NCBI GenBank assembly: GCA_012862495.1
Contig: BLSG01000180.1
Span: 1-58,759, forward strand
Reading direction: 5' to 3'
From: Thraustochytrium aureum
Lineage: Eukaryota
Length of the DNA stretch: 58,759 nucleotides
The position numbers were made by a program, and so were the translations under genes. Positions 46,240 through 58,167 of this stretch are shown one piece after another. The notes below the pieces were generated by a model. That model was given only the letters and a program-made list of their open reading frames with translations. It had not been told where the DNA came from and did no database searches. Every line of letters starts with the position of its first letter. Positions within the stretch are counted from its first letter, which is position 1.

Positions 46240-48757
46240 CTACTGGCGGGGCCGTGCACAGCTGCGCGAGGTTATAATCGCCTCTAGCAGCTCGGCGCGC
46301 GAAAAACGGCTTGAGCACGACATCGTCAAAGCCGACGGCAAGCAGGTGCCTGACGTCGTCCGGCGTGCTGTTCCCCGTCGCGGCGATGATGGGGATATCG
46401 TATCCCTTTTGGCGCAAAATCGCGCAGACGTCGTCGCCACGCGAGCGCTTCATCACAATGTCCAAGACCACCACATCCGGCTGGTCTTCTGGCGCCGCCT
46501 TGCGCAAGTAGTCAAGCAAGTCGAGCCCATCGTAGAAGAGCAGAGGGTCGCGCGTGCCCCGGAGCGCCTTCTTCAGGATGATATAGTTCACGGGCTCATC
46601 CTCGCAAGCAAACACCCGAATCTTGGCCGCCGCGGCCGCCAGCGTGGCGCTCGTCGAAAGGTCGCCCGCCGTCGCGGCCACGAGACGCTCGCGCTTGGTG
46701 TGGAATCGCAACGCGAATCCAAGCGCCTGAGCCAGACCGTCTTCCGGAAGCACGATGCGGTTCATCTGGCTGTAATTGCTGCCGATACCGCCCCCCCCGC
46801 CGCCCGGTGCAGCGTGGGCCTCCCCACTCGTCGCACAGGGGCGACCCGCGTCCGGATTTGGGGCGCCTGCCGCGTCGCTAGCAGGTCCTGCACGCGTCTT
46901 TCGCTTGTCCGGAGCGAGCTCGATGAGGTCTACACGCAGGCCCGCCGCGGCGCGCTTGTCGAGCAGCGTCGCGCACGGCCCGGACAGGGCGCCGTCCGAG
47001 AGGCCAGCACCCCGCGGATCTGGGCGCCGAGTAGCGCATCCAACTCGTCCGCGCTTGCCGCCCTCAAGACCTGTCGTGAGCGGCCCCCAAACTGGGCGAC
47101 TGCGCGCTCCACCAAGAGCTTGCGATGTGCGTCAAAACGCCCGACCAGAACCGCGGGCTCCATGCCGTGCGTCGCCTCGGACACCTGGGTCTCCAACTGG
47201 TACACGGACGAAACCACGGTCTTCAGCGAGCCGTCTGGGCACCGAAGTGGCGCGAAGGGCAGCGTCAGCGTGAACGAGGCCCCGCGCACCCCGTCTCTGC
47301 GGTTCTCCAGCTGGACTTCACACTGCATCTCCCGTGCAATCTGCCGAGAGAGGCCCAGGCCCGTGTTCCGCAGAGCCCCGGCAGCACGCTCGACGTCCGC
47401 GCCTTCCAGCCGGCCCGCGTCGCCGCGCCACTCTGTCGGCTGCTCCCAACGCGCCGAGCTTTCAANNNNNNNNNNNNNNNNNNNNNNNNNNNNNNNNNNN
47501 NNNNNNNNNNNNNNNNNNNNNNNNNNNNNNNNNNNNNNNNNNNNNNNNNNNNNNNNNNNNNNNNNNNNNNNNNNNNNNNNNNNNNNNNNNNNNNNNNNNN
47601 NNNNNNNNNNNNNNNNNNNNNNNNNNNNNNNNNNNNNNNNNNNNNNNNNNNNNNNNNNNNNNNNNNNNNNNNNNNNNNNNNNNNNNNNNNNNNNNNNNNN
47701 NNNNNNNNNNNNNNNNNNNNNNNNNNNNNNNNNNNNNNNNNNNNNNNNNNNNNNNNNNNNNNNNNNNNNNNNNNNNNNNNNNNNNNNNNNNNNNNNNNNN
47801 NNNNNNNNNNNNNNNNNNNNNNNNNNNNNNNNNNNNNNNNNNNNNNNNNNNNNNNNNNNNNNNNNNNNNNNNNNNNNNNNNNNNNNNNNNNNNNNNNNNN
47901 NNNNNNNNNNNNNNNNNNNNNNNNNNNNNNNNNNNNNNNNNNNNNNNNNNNNNNNNNNNNNNNNNNNNNNNNNNNNNNNNNNNNNNNNNNNNNNNNNNNN
48001 NNNNNNNNNNNNNNNNNNNNNNNNNNNNNNNNNNNNNNNNNNNNNNNNNNNNNNNNNNNNNNNNNNNNNNNNNNNNNNNNNNNNNNNNNNNNNNNNNNNN
48101 NNNNNNNNNNNNNNNNNNNNNNNNNNNNNNNNNNNNNNNNNNNNNGATCCGGGCTTGAGACGAACTGTCCGTCGTCGTTGCTGGGGTCCTGGATTTGAAC
48201 AGTCTCGTTCGCCCCGAGTCGGCCTGCTTGCCGGTACAGCACAGTGATGTTTTTCTCCCAGCTCGCCCTGTCTTCGCGTGGGACCACTTGGGAGGCAGCT
48301 AGTCGGTAGCCGGCTGGGAGAGTGGTGAACAGCAGGTCTGCGACCTGGTCGAGGACCGGCGACATCGCCAAACGACGTAGAGTTGAAAACTCGTGCGCGT
48401 CTGGGAATAGGAGTGCCGCAGCCGTCCCCATCGCCCTCACGCTCTCCTCCATTGTGGACCACACCGCGCTGCTCCCACTTCAGCAAAGGTTGAAAGCCGC
48501 AAGGCCGCCTCCCGCTCCTCCTGGCGCATCATCGCAACCGCCAAAAGAGCTGTGATGATAGCGCCGCTGGCCAAAACAAATATGACAATGCACCTGGACG
48601 TCGTCTCGTTTCTTGCTGCACGGCAGCGCCCACCGCCCGCGCCAGCCTCGTCGTGGACCTCGACAGAGACGTGGCCCTCCTGGAACGACCATTTTTCCAT
48701 CGACGACCTGCGCGGCACTAGGCGTGCACTCGCGAGAAATGAGCCAGACTGGGCCAT
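46240..48757 (-). CDS. Membrane hybrid histidine kinase: TM, CHASE-like sensor, [gap], HATPase_c, degenerate receiver, receiver
   Basis: TM IVIFVLASGAIITALLAVAM; CHASE-like VVPREDRASWE; G2-box NTGLGLSRQIAREMQCEVQL...GASFTLTLPF; receiver ACEDEPVN...VVLDIVM...IIAATG...GFDDVVLKPF. Frameshifts near 48470, 46990-46770 and 46305. Confidence 0.8.
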
Positions 48758-49362
48758 CGCGACCGGCCTGCTGCTGCCCTTCGCCTGACGCAGGTCCCCC
48801 GGCTCGCTGTGCTGGGCTGCGTGTGATGCTTGCTCGCTTGCAAATGGCCACGCGCGCGCGGGGTATGCCAACGATGCGCCCCGAGACGCGGATGTCGAGA
48901 GCTTCCTCTCTAGAGCTAGCGGGCAGCGACCTCCTCGAGCGAGCCTAACGGACACGCCAGAACCAGAGCCCCCCAGGCGCGCTGACACTGCGATTGATAG
49001 ACTCACTCTAGAGCTAGTTGCTCGAGAGCTTCTTCCACAATTGTTCTGCTTTTGTTGAACAGTGCGGTAAAGTCACCTCAAACCTGCTTCGGACGGCCGT
49101 GCAAGGAGGCGTCATATTTCCGCTGCCAGTCAATTGCTCAGCAAGTACTGACCGGACAAGCCGCTTTGCCGAGCGTCGGCGGTCCAGCCCCAAGCCGCGC
49201 CAAGCCGACGCACTAGGCTCAAGAAGTGAGGCCGAGCCCAGCCCGGATATATCCGTTGGAGGCGCGAATGCGGTGACGCCTCTCGAACTGCGCGCCACGG
49301 CACCTCTCGACTGAGCTAGCAGGTAGTTACGCCCATTAGGTTAGACTGCAAGCTACTACTAG

Positions 49363-51380
49363 CTAGAGAGCGGACTTGCCGCGCATTGGAGCCGAGTCGC
49401 TGTAGCCTGGCGTTTCCATCAGCGACCGCACATAGCCGTCAAAGTCCTGGGGCTTGGGCTTGTGCGTGGCAATGCCAAGCTTGTACGCCCGCTCGGCGAC
49501 CTTGGCCGCCAGGTTGGCCGAGACCTCGCGAATGCTCGAGAGCGGCGGGTACATCGAGCCGCGGTCCCGGTCCGCCTCGGTGACCTGCTCGGCGAGCGCC
49601 TGCGCAGCGACGTAGAGCAGCTCATCCGGGACCACCTTGGCCTTGGCCGCCAGCACACCCAGCCCGAGCCCGGGGAAAATGTAGGCGTTGTTGCCCTGGC
49701 CAGGCTCGAAGACCTTCTCGGTGCCGTCCGGCAGCGTCACCGGGACGCGGCCAAACGGCGAGCCAGAGGCGAAAATGCACCGGCCGCCGGTCCACTCGTA
49801 CGCCTCTGCGGCCGTGCACTCGGCTTGCGACGTGGGGTTGCTGAGCGCAAAGATGAGCGGGGTCGGGCACGTCTCTGACATGAACCTCAAGATGCTCTCC
49901 GTGAAGGTCTTGGGGATGGCCGACACGCCAATGAGCGAGGTGGGCTCGAGCATGCGCACCGCGTGCTCGAACGGAACGTCGCTCTTGTCTCTGATCTCAA
50001 AGTCAGTGCCCTTCAGGTGCGCCACGAGATCGTCCGGGATGGCGTGCGCAAAGTCCTGCTTGTGGTGGGCCAGCTTGTCCTTGCGGCTCGCGGAAACGAG
50101 GCCGCGGCTGTCCACAAGCCANNNNNNNNNNNNNNNNNNNNNNNNNNNNNNNNNNNNNNNNNNNNNNNNNNNNNNNNNNNNNNNNNNNNNNNNNNNNNNN
50201 NNNNNNNNNNNNNNNNNNNNNNNNNNNNNNNNNNNNNNNNNNNNNNNNNNNNNNNNNNNNNNNNNNNNNNNNNNNNNNNNNNNNNNNNNNNNNNNNNNNN
50301 GTTGCGCCGCGCCTCCTCGATGGAGAGCGAGCCTTCGCTCTCCTCGAGAATTGCATGCGCGATCAAGTTGGCAATGCCGGTGCCGGCCTCGCCAGCGCCG
50401 AGGAACACAAAGCGGTGGTCCGCGAGGCGGCTCACGCCGCCGTCCGAAGCGGACGTCTCCGGGAGCGAAGCCAGGATACCGGCCAGCGTCACGCTCGCAG
50501 TGCCCTGGATGTCATCGTTGAAGGTCGTGTAGCGCTCGCGCGAGTTCTCGAGCAGGTGGAAGGCGGTGCTGTTGCCAAAGTCCTCAAACTGGATGAGAAC
50601 GGTGCGGCCCCAGCGCTTGGCGGCAGCGGCCATAAACTCCTCGATGAGGCTGTCAAATTTTTCGCCGCGCACGCGCTCCTGGCGCAGGCCCATGTAAAAT
50701 GGGTCCTCCAAGAGCTTCTTGTTGTTGGTGCCCACGTCGATGCAGACGGGCAGGCAGTGGTGCGGGTTGATGCCCGCGCAAGCCGAGTAGAGCTGCAGCT
50801 TGCCGACGGGGATGCCCATCCCGTTGGTGCCGAGGTCGCCCAGGCCGAGGATGCGCTCGCCGTCCGTGAACACGATCACGCGCACCTCGTCTTCGGGCCA
50901 GTTGGCCACCACCTGAGCGACGCGCCCGGCATCATTGATGCTCACGTAGAGCCCACGCGGCGTGGTCCAGCGAAAGCCGTACTCTTGGCAAGCTTGGCCC
51001 ACGGTCGGCGTGTAGACGATCGGCATGAGCTCCTCGACGTTGGTGCAGAGCAGCCGGTAGAACAGTTGCACGTTCCGGTCCAGCAGACTCATCATGTACT
51101 CGTACCGCTCGATCGGTTCGCGCTTGCGCCTGATCTGGTCCAGCTCGCGCGCGACCTGGTGCTCGATGTCCTCCACCACGGGCGGCAGAAGGCCTTGGAG
51201 CCCGAGCGCCTCGCGCTCCTCATAGCTGAACGCCTGGCCCTTGTTCGTCTTAGGGTTGACGATGAGGTGGTGCCCGCTGCCGGACCGGACGATCACGTCC
51301 GAGACGTCCTCGTGCTTGGTCATCGCGTGAAACTTGGCGGAGACCTTGGACATCATGCCAGACATGCGGTGAAGCGACAT
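49363..51380 (-). CDS. Malic enzyme (NAD(P)-dependent, decarboxylating)
   Basis: NKGQAF, PIVYTPTVG, TDGERILGLGDLG, QFEDF, FNDDIQGTA, GAGEAGTGIA, FALSNPTSQAEC, ASGSPF and GQGNNAYIFPGLGLG. Confidence 0.97.
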
Positions 51381-52857
51381 TGCTGCTGCTGCTGCTCGCG
51401 TGCGCTCCTGCCCACTTGATCTCCAAGTAGGAAGGGAGGACGGGGAGAAGGAGGGCGGTGAAGGTGGCCCTTGGTTTCAGGGCGACTTTCGCTCGGAAAA
51501 GCCGGACTCGATGCCTGGTCCAGCTCACTGATGGCCGCGACTGTGCGGGTCGGATCCGGCTCGCCCTCTTGCTCGTAGAAGAGAGGCAAGGTCGGGAGGT
51601 ACTCGGCCGTAGGTATGAACGGGTTTGGTTTGGTTGCTCGCACGATGACGACAGACTTGGGCCGGACTGGGTGGTGGTGGTGGTGGTGATGTTTACGCCT
51701 GTCAGAGCGCAAGCTCGATCAGATCGACTGATTGTCCACCGCGAGCAAAAAGCAAATGGACGGACACCGTCGCGTCAGTCGCGCCTTGATGGAGCGGGGC
51801 TCTTTCCCAGAACGCCGCTCTCTGTCCAGACCGCCCGCTGTCCAGACCCGGGTGCGGATCTCAGCAGATAGCTAGCTGAGCAAGCTGCCCACGCACTTCC
51901 GGCACGCCGCGCACCTTGCTTTGCCTTTGCAGCCAGCGGGCAAATGAGTGGTGGTCGACAGCTCGCGCGTCGTCGTCCGTCGCTGCGCTCAGCACCTGCT
52001 AGGCGCGCTGTCAACCAGCAAGGTCGAACCGATCGCAAAATCCGCTGACGACAAATGGGGTCTGCAGCCGGCAGCGAGCGAGCGAGCAAGCCAGCCAGCC
52101 GCGTCCTGCTGCTCGCCTGCATCGGCGGCGCGCACGCCAGCCTCAGCGCCGCATGGAGGGCTCCTCTGCTCGGAGCTAGGCTCGCAGCGACAAAAAGCGT
52201 GAAAAATGGCCAGCGCACACCCATTCCTAGCAAATCGCGTAGCCGCCCCTAGCGCGGCGGGCGGGGTGTGCCGCCGTCTCGGAGCAAATGCCAGCCTCCA
52301 GGAGCAACATCGCGCGACGCGGCTGCTGTGGGGCGCTCTCAAGTGCGCACAAACCTCTGCGAGTCCGTCGGCTGCGCCATGCCCCGGCGAATCCCAGGAC
52401 GGCGGCGCCCCGAGAGCAGCATCGCCATTGGCTCGCGGTGGCCCCTACATGCCCACCCACTCGCATGCACAACGACGTTCGGCCTTGCTTCGCTCTCAGG
52501 CACGCGCTCGGGCGACCAGGACGCCGCGAGGCGCGTGCCTGCTGGCCGCCGAGCGGGCAAACACGCTGTTGGACGGAGCGGTCGATGAAACCCTCGAATC
52601 TCACGAGATTGTCGCGGTGCGCGCCAGGAGACCTCGCAGTCCTTGATGGTGTAGAGTGGACGCAGAGGCGATGATTGTGCAAAATGTAGCCGTTCGTGGC
52701 GTTGGCGATGATGGTGTGATGTCGCGCCCAACGCGCGCGACAGGGCCGAGCACAACATCGTGGGTGGACAAGGTCAATCACTCGGCGCGCGAGGAAGGCC
52801 CGTGCCCGCGACGGGCCTTTCGAAAGGCGCCGCTAGGGCTGGTATTGTTTGGGTAGT

Positions 52858-53385
52858 ATGGGACTGCGACGCAGGCAGTGTGAAAAGGCGAACGAGCGCG
52901 GCGAGCAGGAACACATGAAGGCCAAAGGGATCAGGGGGGTCGCCATCGCACCTAGGGTGCTTGCCATTGCAAGGGAAGAGGGTCTCGGTAAACCGCAAAG
53001 CTCGCAGACGCTGCAGTCGGATGCGTCCTGCAGCTTTTCGTCAGCTGGAACTGGCCCCGGCTCTGAGACAAGGCGATCCAGCGCGGTGTCATTAGGAGGT
53101 TGGACCGACGCCCCCCTCGACGAGCGCGATGTCGCTGTTGCGGCGGAGGCCTCGCTATTCCAGGAGCGGGAGGAGACGATGCGGTTCCGGCTGCGGCTTC
53201 TGGATGCCAGGCGCAAGTGGAAGTGGCAAGACATCCCGATGGACGTGTTCGTTGACGAGTACGTCTCGGTGAGCTCCTCCGACTCGGACGAGGCGCTGGC
53301 TAGCGCGCCGGTGGCGCAAGCCCAGAGCGGCCTCGATGAGGGCTGCGCGATGCTCTTCTTACCATGTCTCGCGTTTTTCCAGTAG
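52858..53385 (+). CDS. Hypothetical protein
   Basis: ATG-initiated ORF of ~175 aa with protein-like composition. No family recognised. Confidence 0.3.
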   Translation: MGLRRRQCEKANERGEQEHMKAKGIRGVAIAPRVLAIAREEGLGKPQSSQTLQSDASCSFSSAGTGPGSETRRSSAVSLGGWTDAPLDERDVAVAAEASLFQEREETMRFRLRLLDARRKWKWQDIPMDVFVDEYVSVSSSDSDEALASAPVAQAQSGLDEGCAMLFLPCLAFFQ

Positions 53386-53550
53386 ACTCTCCCCCAGGCC
53401 TCTGCTTCTGACACACCTGGATTTTCGCTCATCGCGCCGCAAGCAGAGCAGCAAAGACATGCCGGAACGGATCGGGCGCCCTAAATGGCGATCAGCCCAG
53501 CAGCGCAGTAGCGAGGGCTCCCTTGCGACCTCGCGCGCAAGCGGTGCCAA

Positions 53551-53605
53551 GACGAGCTCGAGGCGCAGGCGGCGACCAAACGACGAGCTCGAGGCGCAGG
53601 CGGCG
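53551..53605. repeat. 24-bp direct repeat, 2 copies, period 31
   Basis: GACGAGCTCGAGGCGCAGGCGGCG at 53551-53574 and 53582-53605. Confidence 0.8.
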
Positions 53606-54236
53606 TCCCAACGACCCGCTCTCGGCGACCCGCTTTGCGGTTTGCTGGAGGCGAATTGGTGTGCACGCCAGAGCGCAAGATGGAGGCAAAACCGTGCGCC
53701 AGAGCGCAAGCAAGTCTGCCTCATTGCCCGCGCTTTTTTTTAAACAGAAAGAAAGATCTTGGCAGCCCTTTGGTTCGCTGCAGGCTCCCAGGCCCCATGC
53801 GGCCGGTCTTTGTCCTCTCCGGCGTGCAACCTCAATTGCGCAGCAAGACGCCCCAGTTGGTACTGCCCAAGCCTCGGCAGTCCCGTTTCGTTCATCCTTG
53901 GCATGTCGCGCCTTCCGGCCCTCGTTTTTAGCGAATGCCTTCCAACCTTCAAGCTCGAGCGTGGCGACGCAGCTGCTACATGGGGAAGATCCGGATGTCC
54001 ACCATGACGTGAGCCGCCCACAGCGACCCCGAGAGCCACACAGACCAGCCAAGCCGGAAGCGGCTGGCGCAATAAAAGCTGCTCGCCAACAACGGGGCTC
54101 ATCGTTGTTGTCCTGACCGGACACAGAGTGGTCTGCCTAACGGCTATGTGCAGAATTGCTGTCTCCATCGATCGCAACAGGCATGCTGCGCAGGCCGCAC
54201 GAGCCGCGCTCGGGGGCGAACGCGAGTGGACAGTCC

Positions 54237-54346
54237 CAACACGCAAGCAAGCTCGGCGGGAGACTTTGGAGCTCGGCAACACGCAAGCAAGCTCGGCTGG
54301 CGGCAACACGCGAGCAAGCTCGACGGGAGACTTTCGAGCTCGGCAA
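54237..54346. repeat. Imperfect tandem repeat (~43-bp unit twice plus a partial copy)
   Basis: CAACACGC(A/G)AGCAAGCTCG at 54237, 54277 and 54304; CGGGAGACTTT(G/C)GAGCTCGGCAA twice. Confidence 0.8.
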
Positions 54347-54421
54347 AGCGCCGCAGGGTCAAATATTTCGCGGCAAGGCGAGTCGGTCAACGAGCACCGC
54401 CAAACATTGTTGCCTGCTGAC

Positions 54422-54892
54422 ATGATTCGGGGTGGGTTCGCTGCCGTGGCGATTGGCGCGATGCTGGCCGCGGCCCCGACGGAGGCCCAGCTCCTAAAAG
54501 GCCACTATACGTACCTGTGTGATGATCCTGGCAAACTTGACGGTATCCGGCTCCAGCGGACCGTCGACTTTTCACTGTGTCGCGACAACCACGGGAGCGA
54601 CTATTGCAGCGTGTGCCGGTGCGAGTGGGCCAGGTACTGGGAGTCTGCGACCGCTTGCTTTTCAGTTGACGCTGACTACGAGGCGCGCGTGCTTGCAGCG
54701 CGGGACAAGTGGCAGGCCGACTACGCCGTGCTTTGCCTCGGCCTTGGCGAGGACGATCGACCAGACGAAGCCCTAAGCTTCTCCCTGGACGCGGATAGCG
54801 CTAATTTCTGCAACCCCGCGAGTCGCCTCCGCCCTTTCAGTTTGGGCGCCTTTATTGCGGTGCTCTGGTTGGGGCCCCGCCAAGGGACGTGA
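54422..54892 (+). CDS. Small secreted Cys-rich, probably GPI-anchored protein
   Basis: Signal peptide MIRGGFAAVAIGAMLAAAPTEA, 8 cysteines, and an omega-site-like NPAS followed by a hydrophobic tail. Confidence 0.65.
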   Translation: MIRGGFAAVAIGAMLAAAPTEAQLLKGHYTYLCDDPGKLDGIRLQRTVDFSLCRDNHGSDYCSVCRCEWARYWESATACFSVDADYEARVLAARDKWQADYAVLCLGLGEDDRPDEALSFSLDADSANFCNPASRLRPFSLGAFIAVLWLGPRQGT

Positions 54893-55395
54893 GAATTTAG
54901 CCGCTAGGTTTCTCTCTCGCGATTAGCCCAATGACCAGAGTAGTGCCGTCCATGCAGCCAGGGTTGGAGGTCACAGCGCGCAACAGGGCTAGCGTTCTGG
55001 AGAGTAGCCCAGTGGTTGCGACTGTTATCGACAAGCCTGGGAATCGTCCTTCGCACAACCCGTTTCACTCGCACCCTCACACTCGCCGCCAAGCTCCCCG
55101 TCGATCGCCCTGTCGAGCTCGTGCAGATCAGTCTGAGCAAGGATTCCCTTGCCAGGGCGTCAGGGGAGTCGTACTAGTGCTGTCGCAGACCCGACTGAGC
55201 GGTAAAGCACGCCACCCCCAAGCACCAACACGGGGAGGGAATCAACCGAACGAGGCTCGCGCCCAACCCGCTCGTTTCCTCGTCACACCCACTCTCCCGA
55301 GAGAGCTAGCTCTTGCCTGTGAAGGATTGTGACCGGGCTCGCCGCTTTCAAGTTTCTCAGTTGATTTTTTTTGTAAAAACATGCCTCCGGCACCG

Positions 55396-57283
55396 CTACA
55401 CTCGCGCCACAAATCCCTGCTCTTGCTCAAAGTGGGTGACGTGCGGATCAAACGACATCGAGCTATTGCGCTTGTTCCGATTGGAAATCATTCGCTCAGA
55501 AAGGCCCAAGCTGTTGTCGCCGTTGCGCGGTTCGAGCTCCGCGCCGCTACCTCTCGTCAAGTCCTGTGACGGCTGAGAGTAAAGGCCATCCGTCTCGAAC
55601 GAGTTGAAGAATTCTTGGTCATCGTCGTCGTCGCCAATGTCGCTGGTCTCGTCTTGGAGCTGCCACGCTTGATCGCGCTTGCGGCGCTTGCTCTTTCGCC
55701 GGGCCGCGAAGACGAGAAACAGGATGAGGAAGCACGTGGCGAGCAACAGGAAAACAAGTGCGATCGTGAGCTCCTTGATCCCCTCGCGAGAGGTGTTGCT
55801 CGGCGGTGCGGGGCTTTCGACTCGCCCTGCAGGCGTGGGCTTCTGGGTCGACTTGGAGTCCGTCCCCTGTTGTGTTGGCGCCGGCGTTTTTGTCGTTTCT
55901 GTTCTTGTAGGCTGTCGCACGGGGCTCGCTGTTGTAGGCTGTCGCACAGGGCTCGCTGTGGGACTCTCCGAGTGCAGGTCAGCGTCGCGGATGACAAACA
56001 GCTGCTCAGTATCGTGCAGTGGATTGCACTGCATTATCTTCATGTAAGCACCAGGCTGCAAGTCGCAAAGCTTGCCATTGTCCTCGCACGCCGGCCTGCT
56101 CTCTCGCTTGAGGCATCGCGTCCCGTTGGACGGCGGATCGGCATGATACGCCTCGCAGCGCGAAACGGTCATACAGTAGCGCGCGCCATCCTTATTCACG
56201 TTGCGTAGCCGTAGCTTAAAGTAGCCAGCGTCTCCCTGGTGAGCCATCTCCCACACGATCTTTCGGTCATCTTTCTTGTGCGTTTCCTCCCTCGCGAGGA
56301 TGAGCAAATCGCTGCCGTGGATGGTGGTGGGGTTGTTCGGAAACGCGCCGCCATCCAGGAATACAATCAATTTCCGGCGCGTTTGGGTGCAGGTGGCCGT
56401 CCGTTGTCATTGTCCAGAGCATCTTTTTGATGGCTAGGTCACTCTTGCTGGACAGCCGCGAGAACGACTTGAGCTGCACGTCCTCGCCTTGCACCGGTAT
56501 CAGCTCGGTGTCTCCTGTTGAAACGCCAAGCCCAAGCATTTCGCCTGTGACGGCACTGCTATGCGCCAGCAGCACGAGCTCTGCGCTAAACTTGCCTTGC
56601 ACCGTAGGAGAGGCGGACGGCGAGGGCGACGGCGCTCGGGTTGGCTGTTTCAGCGTTGGCGACTCGGTCGGTGAAGGCGTCGTCGGCGATGCAGAGGGAC
56701 GGCCGCTTGGGGAGGTCGATGGACTGCGAGTGGGCAGGGTCTTGGTGTATCCCAAAAGCAGCCAAATGCCTTCGTCGTCGTGTTGGCTGCCGTGTGCCTC
56801 GCAGTGGCGTCCCACCAAGAAGGTGCCTTCGACCGCCAATTGAGCTTCGTCGTGCTTGTTTAGCCAAACGCACTGGAGATCCAGGCCTTTGATGTGGAAT
56901 TTGGGGTTGTGGAGGCTGTTATCCGCCACAGTCGAGGCAAGCCCATACGTGAGCTGGCCGTCGCGGCATGCTTTTGTCTCTAAACGGTTATTCTGGGTGT
57001 TTTCCACGCACCGGCCAGACGCCGCAAACACAATTCTCAGTGCCATGCCGTCGTTCGGATCCATTGTCACGTTCCAACGGAGCCTGGACTCGTCCACGTC
57101 GCCTTGTGCCCTATCAAACATTTTGACCCGATCCTTGGTTGTCTCGTGAAGCCCCATGCACCAGTTATGGTTGTACTTGCTGCACACCATCGCGTTCGTA
57201 AACACGGCCTTCTGTTCGCCAACCACTGTCACAGCGGCGCCAGCGGCAGCAGCCAGTGCGGCCCACACCGCGGCTGGCGCCAT
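55396..57283 (-). CDS. Type I membrane surface protein with ricin-B/beta-trefoil-like domains and PT-rich mucin-like linkers (frameshift near 56370)
   Basis: Signal peptide MAPAAVWAALAAAAGA; C-x-C...W repeats (NWCMGL...WNV, GRCVE...AC, QCVW...HC...W); PTRSPSTSPS and QPTTASPVRQPT tracts; TM LTIALVFLLLATCFLILFLVFA followed by RRK. Confidence 0.6.
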
Positions 57284-58167
57284 CCCAGGCAAGGTCGTGC
57301 GAGCCCAGCCTTCCTTCGCAAGAGCCAGCCCTAGCCCAGCCGATCCGCTCGCGCCTCGAGCACCTGCCTGCCTGCCTGCCTGCCTNNNNNNNNNNNNNNN
57401 NNNNNNNNNNNNNNNNNNNNNNNNNNNNNNNNNNNNNNNNNNNNNNNNNNNNNNNNNNNNNNNNNNNNNNNNNNNNNNNNNNNNNNNNNNNNNNNNNNNN
57501 NNNNNNNNNNNNNNNNNNNNNNNNNNNNNNNNNNNNNNNNNNNNNNNNNNNNNNNNNNNNNNNNNNNNNNNNNNNNNNNNNNNNNNNNNNNNNNNNNNNN
57601 NNNNNNNNNNNNNNNNNNNNNNNNNNNNNNNGCTGCCTGCCTCTCGTGGCGAGTCTGCCAGTCAGTTGATCGTGCTCTGGCTGATGGATGACTGACTGAC
57701 TGACTCCTGGGCGCACATCGGATGCTTTGGAGAACAAACAAGCCTTCTTTCGCGCAGGAGACAGCGCGCCTGGGACGACGAACGTGCGGTACGCGAAGTA
57801 CTGAGTAAGTACGATGCGCTGCCAAAGCTGCTCGAAGTGCGGAGTGCACCAGCAGGTCTCCACTTTGAAGACTACTCTAAGGTACTGCGTCCTGGGGACA
57901 GCGTAGGTACCTACTTATGTTGAATCCAGGTCGAGCCCTGCCGCGCTGCGCTGCACATGTTCGCTGGGGATCCATAGATCGGTGATGCGACGTGACTTGC
58001 TTTCGTGCAACGAAGGCCACGCGCAGAAGAGACCCCAGAACAGCCCCGTAGGAACCGGACCCACAGCCAAAGGCTTGAGATGGCGATGGCGCATGGAAGA
58101 GGCTGACACGATTTTGTTGTTTAGCTGGCGAGGATGCGCAACCTATCTGCTGTTCTGCGCTTTGAGC

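Noticed and set aside
54237..54346. Possible CRISPR-like array
   Set aside because: Only 2-3 imperfect copies, the intervening sequence is itself repeated, the context is eukaryotic and no cas genes are present.
209..57283. Widespread pseudogenisation or programmed frameshifting
   Set aside because: Frameshifts hit normally essential or conserved genes (GPAA1, COX7C-like, Myb) and, where inspected, mostly fall in short homopolymers with no shared slippery motif. Sequencing indels are the simpler explanation.
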